From: Candidatus Spongiihabitans sp.
Lineage (GTDB): Bacteria > Pseudomonadota > Gammaproteobacteria > Arenicellales > Poriferihabitantaceae
NCBI GenBank assembly: GCA_965261335.1
Contig: OZ253450.1
Span: 2,519,492 to 2,583,491, forward strand
Direction: 5' to 3'
Length of the DNA stretch: 64,000 bases
Under the pieces are notes generated by a model. It did not search any database, was not told the DNA's origin, and worked only from the letters and a program-made list of their open reading frames with translations. How positions within the stretch are numbered: position 1 is the stretch's first letter; every line of letters begins with the position of its first letter. Of the stretch, positions 57,059-64,000 are shown piece by piece. The position numbers were made by a program, and so were the translations under genes.

Positions 57059-58167
57059 GTGCAACACTCGGGTTTATATTATGATCTATTCCTATTGCGT
57101 GGGAAAAGACCTCCCAAGGGGTTTTATACCCCAAACATTTTCTAGGTCGGTTGTTCATTAAATCGGTCGCTTTGAACCGCTCTTTTTCGGTGACTTTATG
57201 CAAAGGCATTTTCTTTGGAAAAAACTGCCTGAACAAAAAGTATGAGCAAGCCATTGTGCCAGATGATTATTTGGCATTCAAGCCACGCTCCCAAGAGTGA
57301 TACGGTTTAGCAAAATAAGTTTCACACTCGAGTTGTTTAGCAAGCTCACTATGCCAACAAAATTCTCTGCCGTTATCAAAGGTTAGGGTCATTACATGTT
57401 GTTTCATATGCTTTAACAACCTGAGTATAGCCGCGTTGGTTTCTTTTGCGGTTTTGTTCTTAGTCCGAAGTGCGAGATAAAGCCTACTTTTGCGTTCAGC
57501 AAGGGTGGCAAACACCCCTTGACGACCCTTACGGATAACACAATCAGCCTCCCCCCTCTATCACTACGCCTATACGCGAGCGACTGTCCACCATGCGGGG
57601 TCTATCAGCAATATCAACCCGATTGGGGATGCGTCCGCGGTAATCGTTCTGTCCATAACGCTTGCGATATTTCTTACCCTGATGGCGCAAGTATCGATAT
57701 AACGACCCATCCGCTACTTTGTCTTTCAAAATGAGACGATAGATGGATTCGGTGCTAATACTGATGTTTTCCTCCATTTTCAAACGACCGCTAATTTGTT
57801 CATGACTCCAATACAGTGCAAGCTTTTGTTGAATATGAAGCTTTAACTCGTCATTGAGCTTGATGTGCTTGGGCTTTTGCTGATGCCTCGTTTGGGCAAA
57901 GCGGTGGGCTTGTTTGTAGCGATAGCCGTTGCCCCCGGTATTGCGTTTAATTTCACTGCTGATGGTTGACTTAACTTCTGCCCATGGTTTTAGCGATTTC
58001 TGTCAGTGTACAGTTTTGCTGATTCATGAGGTAAATGTGGTATCTTTCGTGTTCAGTCAAATGGGTATATCTCGTCATGTTTTACTCCTTTTTTCCGTTC
58101 AGTTAAAAGAGTACGAGTGTACCCTTTGACTGACTTAGGAGTGTTGCACTTATTATGTGAATTCAAG
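57044..58167 (-). mobile_element. IS30-family IS, copy 2 (transposase degraded into at least 4 fragments)
   Basis: Inverted repeats GAATTCAATCCATAAGTGCAACAC / GAATTCACATAATAAGTGCAACAC. ORF fragments at 57544-57783, 57267-57515 and 57048-57254. Indels relative to copy 1. Confidence 0.85.
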
Positions 58168-58207
58168 GAGTTAAAAAATTGAGTCTAAATGGATTTTCCT
58201 AATATAC

Positions 58208-59397
58208 GAGACTTTTGCATAATCCACAAAACACCCCTCGCAACTCACAAACAACGCGATTTTTTATAAATTTGCCTCATTTTTTCGCCCATGTTCTCTC
58301 AATCATCAATACGACACCAAAAATGCCGCTATTTCGGCACTTTTAACCACTTTTAGTGGGTTTTTATCTGTTTTATTGCCCATTTAGGCACAACTCTCCT
58401 TTAAACGTTGCAGTTCTTTGAAAATATTCATTCCAGTTTTAAGGTTATGGCTCATGGCAATCAGATGTACACGGGTTTTGTTTCTGGCTAACCCCATGTA
58501 TCTTGCCTTGCCTAATCCGTGATGCAGTTTGAGCAAACCAAAGGTGCGTTCAACCACATAGCGGACACTGCTATACATTTTATTCAGTGCTTTTTGTTGC
58601 TCCGTTAATGGTGTGTTGCGATAAGCTCGGTGCAGGATTCTATTGTTTTCTTTACCCAGTTTCTGGTCATTGTCTTTGTTGGCACTTGTGCCCTTTGGGT
58701 ATAGGCACTGTCTGCGTAAACTTGTCCGTGCCTATCGCCTAACAGATGTTCAAACTCCCCAAAATCATGCAATGAATCATGCACATTACCATGCGTATAG
58801 GTCATTTTCTTGATAACCATCTTCATCGGTATTGGCGTGCAGCTTAAATCCGTAGGTACTTTTACGCCTGCCATCGGATGCCGTTTTCACGTTCCATGCC
58901 GCTTCCGGTCTTGGGTATTGTGCCTTGTTTGTTCTTTTTAGAACGGCATTGCTTCGCCTCAATCACAGTCGCATCGATAATATTGACCGAGCCTGTGGCA
59001 ACAATAAGACTGTTTTTAGCGAGATGGTTATTGATCTGCATCAATAAAGAATCAAGCAGATTTTCGGTGTGTAATAAGTTCCTAAACCGCCAAATAGTGG
59101 AATGATCGGGTACTGCATCACTGAGACTCAAACCAATAAACCGGCGGAACATTAAATCCCGGGCTATCTGTTCTTCATAAGGCTTCATCGCTTAAGTTAT
59201 ACCGTGCCTGTAAAATCAGTATCTTAAACATCATCAAAGGTGGGCATACCCAAAGGACACAAGTGCTGGCACACCGCGCTTGGAGGCATAAAGATGGCTG
59301 AGCGTTTTTTCGATCTGTTTCCAATCGATAATTTCATGCACATCATCTAGTTTGGACAATGACTTATGCTCAATTAAAAGGGCATCTGCGAACGAGT
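58208..59397 (-). mobile_element. IS5-family IS, copy C (5'-truncated, transposase disrupted)
   Basis: The right inverted repeat is present at 58208. Similarity to copy B stops at about 59397. 17-nt inserts at 58684-58700 and 59248-59264. Confidence 0.85.
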
Positions 59398-59480
59398 ACC
59401 CAAATCCCCAGATAGAGTGGCGCTAGTGCTTCAAGAGCCTGTGAATCCCTCTTTCAAGTCTTATGGCTGGAAATTACAGC

Positions 59481-59593
59481 AGGGGCTTGTCGGAAAATGG
59501 CGTTTTTAGCTTGTTGTGAATATTTAAGTCCTTGTTATTAAACATTTTATTTTCTTAAAATTGGACTGATTTTGAATTAACCGACAAGCCCCT
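59481..59593. mobile_element. 113-bp MITE-like element with 13-bp terminal inverted repeats
   Basis: AGGGGCTTGTCGG (59481-59493) ... CCGACAAGCCCCT (59581-59593), AT-rich interior. A second partial copy is at 634-705. Confidence 0.6.
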
Positions 59594-59807
59594 TAGAGGC
59601 GGTGCCGATAGCACCACAAGCCCGATAAGCACGGGTTAAACGCTTGACCTGCCTGATGCCCAGTTTTAGTTGCTGTGTCGCCCGTGCTTGTGTCAGCCGG
59701 CGACCGATGATGGATTGAATAACCGATATGCGGTGGTCAAGTTCTGTTTTGCTCAATGTAATAATCTCCTCTGTCATAACACTCCTGAATAAGTCAAAAG
59801 GGGACAT
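59577..59807 (-). pseudogene. N-terminal HTH fragment of a transposase (IS481/ISNCY-like)
   Basis: LSKTELDHRISVIQSIIGRRLTQARATQQLKLGIRQVKRLTRAYRACGAIG pattern. The frame is terminated by the MITE end. Confidence 0.5.
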
Positions 59808-59829
59808 TACTGCTTTGGGCTAACACGTC

Positions 59830-60540
59830 CGTGTTAGGGTATCTTTCTTTGTAGTTCTCGGATTAGAATATGGGCAATCGTTCGCAATCGTTTCAATGCC
59901 TTTTTAGCGGATGCGCGCTTTTTAACATGGCGGAAGTGGCGAATGCGTAAGCGGCAGTTTTTAACTTCTTTTACGAAGGTTCTGCGTTGTTTGATGCCAT
60001 GTTTTTTCGCCAATTTGTTGAGACGGTTGATAATTTTGATGGCTAGTTTAGAATCAGTCGGATAGGTGATGTTTTTTTCCTGTTTTTCCCTTCTCTACAG
60101 GGGTGTCAATCAAAACAGTGTTTTCATTAGCTTTTTTGCCGTGCAACATCACACTCATCTTAAAAATGAGTTCAAAACCGGCGACACTGATTCTGTTTCT
60201 AAAATGCACCAGTTCGGTTGCATTGCAAGGCACGTTTGGGGTGTAAGGTTGGATAACCGCAGAAGTATTGATAATACGGATTACGCTTGAACTGTAAGAC
60301 CACATTCTCATCGGACAGGTTTTCCAGTTGTTTGAGCATCAGCAACCCGACCATTAAGCGTATTGGTTTTGAGGGTCTGCCGTTATCGTGGCAGTCGTGT
60401 TTGCTAAATGCATCCTCGAAGACCTTCCAGTCGATGACGTTGGCTAATTGGATTAAAGGGTCTCGCTGGTCTAATTGAGAGAACAGCTCGGTGTGAAACA
60501 GATTTTGTTGCCCAGTATTTGGGGTTGAAGGAGTCAGCAT
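59830..60540 (-). pseudogene. Second IS5-superfamily transposase gene, frameshifted and 3'-truncated
   Basis: N-terminal ORF 60199-60540 (DPLIQLANVIDWKVFEDAF...RPSKPIRLMVGLLMLKQLENLSDE) continues in other frames down to about 59830. Confidence 0.65.
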
Positions 60541-60794
60541 AATTTTTTTAACCTAAACGACCAGAAGATAACGGTTATTCTAACATAAAACGGTTGATTT
60601 GGTTAATGGTTTTGTTTGTTTTATTGATATAAATCAACCTGTTTAGATGTTTTTAAGGGCTGACTATTTATACAATGAGCGATTGAAATCGCTTTTGACA
60701 TCGAATAGAAAACAACTATCGTGCAAAGCACCTAATACAACTACTGAAAGCTGCTCGTCTATGAGGCGAGGGGTTTAACCTTAAAAGAGGACGA

Positions 60795-61271
60795 ATGAAA
60801 ACCAGACTAACACACTTCGATGAACACGGAGAGGCGCGTATGGTTGATGTGGGTGACAAACAACCGACTCAACGCAAAGCCATCGCAGAGGGGCGCATTA
60901 CGATGAATGACAAGACCCTTGAGATGGTTCGCCACAGCGGGCATCACAAAGGAGACGTACTCGCGATTGCCCGCATCGCTGGAATTATGGCAGCAAAGCA
61001 TACTGCCAAATTGGTGCCGCTTTGTCATCCAATCATGCTGACCAAAATAACGGTGGAGTTCGATGTTGAGCTAGAAAATTCAGCCATTATATGCACTGCG
61101 ACCACCTGTACTACCGAGCGAACAGGTGTTGAAATGGAAGCATTGACGGCAGTTCAAATCGCTTTATTGACCATATACGACATGTGCAAGGCGGTTGACC
61201 GTGGTATGCAGATGCAGGCGATTCGGTTGTTGCATAAATCGGGCGGGAAATCGGCTGACTGGAAGCGATAA
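60795..61271 (+). CDS. moaC: Cyclic pyranopterin monophosphate synthase accessory protein MoaC
   Basis: [39 protein letters not shown] motifs. Confidence 0.92.
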   Translation: MKTRLTHFDEHGEARMVDVGDKQPTQRKAIAEGRITMNDKTLEMVRHSGHHKGDVLAIARIAGIMAAKHTAKLVPLCHPIMLTKITVEFDVELENSAIICTATTCTTERTGVEMEALTAVQIALLTIYDMCKAVDRGMQMQAIRLLHKSGGKSADWKR

Positions 61272-61309
61272 AAATCGACCTCATAAACCCGCAACAAGCA
61301 AAAAAGAGG

Positions 61310-62554
61310 ATGACCGACCAAAACTCAATTTCATGTGATTTTGACTCAGATTCGATAACCGTAGCACAGGCTACGGCGCATATTCGTGACACAATTATAC
61401 CGATTACTGAGCGGCAAATGGTCGACATATATACCGCATTAGGTCGGGTAACGGCAGAGGATGTCATCAGTCCATCTGATGTTCCCAATCATACCAATTC
61501 TGCTATGGATGGATATGCAGTACAGGGCAATGACATGCCTAATGTCAATACAAAAAAATTCAAGTTAGTGGGTTCATCGTTTGCCGGTGCGCCCTATCGC
61601 GGCACGGTCGAGCGCAATCAATGTGTGCGTATTATGACTGGTGGGGTGATGCCAGATGGTACCGATACGGTGGTGATTCAGGAGCAGGTCAAGCGTGTTG
61701 ACGATGAAGTGATTATTCCGTCTGGTGGTCAAAGTGGTGCAAATGTACGCTATGCTGGCGAGGACATTAAAGTCGGTAACATTGCCATACCCAAAGGCAC
61801 AAGGCTGGGTGCCGCTCATCTTGGTTTAGCTGCCTCGTTAGGAATGCAAGAAATATCTGTTTTTCGTCGCCCTAAAATTGCGTATTTTTCTAATGGTGAT
61901 GAACTCATCGCAGTCGGCAATGCACTTGAAATCGGTCAGGTTTACGATTCGAACCGTTACACCTTACATGCCCTGTTAAGCACCCTCGCTACCGAACAAC
62001 ATGATTTAGACATCGTCAAGGACGACCCCGATGCGATTGCTCATGTATTCAAAACCGCTGCTGAAGAGGCAGACCTCATTATTACCACCGCTGGTGCATC
62101 AGTCGGCGATGCCGATTATGTTAAACAAGCTCTGGCAGGATTGGGGGAAGTTAGTTTCTGGAAAGTGGCAGTAAAACCGGGTCGTCCGATGTCGTTTGGC
62201 ACGCTCAACAATAGCTCGTTTTTTGGATTACCCGGCAATCCAGTATCAGTCATGGTGACATTCCATATATTTGTCAAGCCAGCAATCAGACATTTATCCG
62301 GAGAACAACAGAGTGTACCACTGACCCTCAAAGTCAAGACCCTCAACGACTTAAAAAAACGACCCGGTCGCATGGAATATCAACGCGGCATCCTGTCTTT
62401 GGACGACAAAGGGGAAACTGTAGTCCACTCCACTGGAGAACAAGGCTCGGGGATTTTAAGCTCTATGAGTTTGGCAAACTGCTATATTGTTCTAGCCGAC
62501 GAGTCACGAGGGGCAACGGTCGGCGAATGGGTAACAGTACAGCTCATCGACTAA
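61310..62554 (+). CDS. moeA: Molybdopterin molybdenumtransferase MoeA
   Basis: NSAMDGYAV, MTGGVMP, TTAGASVGDADY, KPGRPMSFG, GLPGNPVS motifs. Confidence 0.9.
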   Translation: MTDQNSISCDFDSDSITVAQATAHIRDTIIPITERQMVDIYTALGRVTAEDVISPSDVPNHTNSAMDGYAVQGNDMPNVNTKKFKLVGSSFAGAPYRGTVERNQCVRIMTGGVMPDGTDTVVIQEQVKRVDDEVIIPSGGQSGANVRYAGEDIKVGNIAIPKGTRLGAAHLGLAASLGMQEISVFRRPKIAYFSNGDELIAVGNALEIGQVYDSNRYTLHALLSTLATEQHDLDIVKDDPDAIAHVFKTAAEEADLIITTAGASVGDADYVKQALAGLGEVSFWKVAVKPGRPMSFGTLNNSSFFGLPGNPVSVMVTFHIFVKPAIRHLSGEQQSVPLTLKVKTLNDLKKRPGRMEYQRGILSLDDKGETVVHSTGEQGSGILSSMSLANCYIVLADESRGATVGEWVTVQLID

Positions 62555-62949
62555 AGCGGTCAATGCCAAGTGTCTTAAATTGATTGTATTAAGCATTTTT
62601 ACTACAACCTCGTTTCCTTTGCTTAGTCGAATTATTACGTTATGAGTAGCAATAGAAACTATCGGACTCATATTAAGAAAATTTTGGAAAAATACTAGAA
62701 GCGGAGCTGTTTCTGTCATGCTATCGGCAGAGGGTCTAAACAAGACGATTGTACAAAAAATCACTGTATCGTCAAATCAAGTAGTCCAATGGAGAAACCG
62801 ATTTGTCTCATAGGTATTGAACTCGGACATCCGCTTGACTCTAGTGTTTGAATTAGGTAACAATGACCAGCGTAGTCCGCCTGCAAAATTAATGCAATAT
62901 ATGGCAAAGCACATTATGAGAAATTTACGTCCAACATTATCTGTGCCCG

Positions 62950-64000
62950 ATGACATCTCTAGTTCGCTTCGTTGATATTCAAAAGAGCTACGATGGTGAA
63001 GTTCTGGTTGTCAAAAACCTTAATTTGGACGTGGCAGAAGGAGAATTCCTTACTATGCTTGGTCCCTCTGGCTCCGGAAAAACCACTTGTTTAATGATGC
63101 TGGCCGGGTTTGAACCGGCAACATACGGTGAGATTTACCTAAAAGACCAGGGCATTAACAATGTCGCACCGCACAAACGCGGTATTGGCATGGTGTTTCA
63201 AAATTATGCCTTGTTTCCACACATGACCGTTGCCGAAAACTTGGCATTCCCTCTCGAAGTTCGAAAAATGAACAAGAGTGAACGCGAGCAGAAGGTCAAG
63301 CGAGCATTGGAGATGGTGCAATTAGAGGCTTTTGGAGACCGCCGACCGGCACAATTATCGGGCGGACAACAACAACGAGTGGCGGTGGCAAGGGCATTGG
63401 TTTTTGACCCAGATTTGGTGTTGATGGATGAACCACTGGGCGCACTGGATAAAAACCTACGCGAGCAAATGCAGTATGAAATCAAACACATTCACGAGAA
63501 TCTCGGTTTGACCGTGGTGTATGTGACCCATGACCAGAGCGAAGCATTAACCATGTCAAACCGCATCGCAGTATTTGACGATGGTATTATTCAACAATGT
63601 GCCCCGCCTGAAGTGTTGTATGAAAAACCTGAGAATGCCTTCTGTGCCAATTTTATCGGTGAAAACAATCGCTTGCTCGGCAAGGTGGTTGACGATCTCG
63701 GCGACAGCGTCAAAGTTGAAGTTGACGGTACTGGTGATGTAGTAAGCGCAATTAAAATCAAAGTTGCTGGCGTAGGGGTGAGGGCGACTTTATCGTTGCG
63801 ACCAGAGCGCGTAACGGTATCGCCGAAAGCAGGTTCTTTACCAAATATTTTCCCGGCCCGAGCCGAAGAGTTGATTTATTTAGGTGACCACATTCGCACA
63901 CGCTTCACCGTTTGTGGGCACGATGACTTTATTGTAAAAATTCCTAATTCAGCCGTACACGCCCATCTCCAACGCGGAGATACGGTGGATATTGGCTGGA
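62950..64000 (+). CDS. ABC transporter ATP-binding protein (PotA/polyamine-type), partial at window end
   Basis: Own translation from ATG 62950: Walker A GPSGSGKTT, Q-loop, signature LSGGQQQRVAVARAL, Walker B LVLMDEPL, H-loop VTHDQ, plus a TOBE-like C-terminal domain. Open to position 64000. Confidence 0.85.
   Translation, partial: MTSLVRFVDIQKSYDGEVLVVKNLNLDVAEGEFLTMLGPSGSGKTTCLMMLAGFEPATYGEIYLKDQGINNVAPHKRGIGMVFQNYALFPHMTVAENLAFPLEVRKMNKSEREQKVKRALEMVQLEAFGDRRPAQLSGGQQQRVAVARALVFDPDLVLMDEPLGALDKNLREQMQYEIKHIHENLGLTVVYVTHDQSEALTMSNRIAVFDDGIIQQCAPPEVLYEKPENAFCANFIGENNRLLGKVVDDLGDSVKVEVDGTGDVVSAIKIKVAGVGVRATLSLRPERVTVSPKAGSLPNIFPARAEELIYLGDHIRTRFTVCGHDDFIVKIPNSAVHAHLQRGDTVDIGW

Noticed and set aside
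57059-60794. attR, i.e. a displaced second copy of the tRNA-fMet 3' half marking the right ICE boundary
   Set aside because: I searched by eye for GGTTCGAATCC / CCCCCGCTACCA-like strings in this region and the rest of the window and found none. The right boundary therefore remains undefined, being either IS-eroded or not repeat-based.
60600-60794. Molybdenum-cofactor riboswitch upstream of moaC
   Set aside because: A small hairpin (CTCG..CGAG) is present, but I cannot recognise the conserved Moco-motif core. The region may instead be the end of the adjacent IS.
62555-62949. Possible transposase HTH remnant (…QKITVSSNQVVQWRNRFVS) between moeA and the ABC ATPase
   Set aside because: Only about 20 residues of weak resemblance, with no inverted repeats or further fragments. 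It is not supportable from sequence alone.

Overview
The window is proteobacterial chromosome (rib operon ribD-ribE-ribBA-ribH, nusB, pgpA, an MDR oxidoreductase, mfd, ispD/ispF, a HIT protein on the left; moaC, moeA and an ABC ATPase on the right). It is interrupted from about 12.2 to 60.5 kb by a roughly 48 kb integrative conjugative element (ICE) lying next to an initiator-type tRNA-Met.

The element carries:
- a large serine recombinase whose reading frame ends inside the tRNA;
- a Toprim/P-loop primase-helicase;
- a CI/LexA-like divergent switch;
- a cargo block: a Dcd-like membrane protein, two Fic proteins (one with a VbhA-like antitoxin) and an orphan C5 DNA methyltransferase;
- an IncP-style Tra1 core (traK/L/M-like genes, repeat-rich oriT spacer, traJ-like x2, relaxase, traG, traF);
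- a Trb/VirB mating-pair set (trbE remnant, J, K-position gene, L, F, G, H, I, with trbB displaced);
- an R64-like type IVb thin-pilus cluster (pilL?-N-O-P-Q-R-S-x-V, with pilU displaced).

The element looks decayed. trbC and trbD are missing, trbE is gutted, and trbF and pilP appear frameshifted. Three IS5-family copies and one IS30-family copy sit inside it, all with broken transposase genes, and its right edge is IS debris. A further IS30 copy lies at the window start.

Observations I rate most worth a second look:
1. A 17-nt sequence that is tandemly triplicated upstream of ribH and is also inserted at two sites in the IS5 copies in a mosaic pattern.
2. Two paralogous pairs of tiny overlapping membrane-protein genes inside the trb operon.
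3. A membrane-anchored Dcd-like protein that lacks the catalytic Glu.
4. Three accessory cassettes (dcm, ficTA, parDE), each bracketed by short direct repeats.
5. A compact bidirectional switch in which both transcripts appear leaderless.
6. The integrase stop codon lying in the tRNA anticodon loop.

All calls come from reading the sequence and ORF translations by eye. No database search or computation was run.
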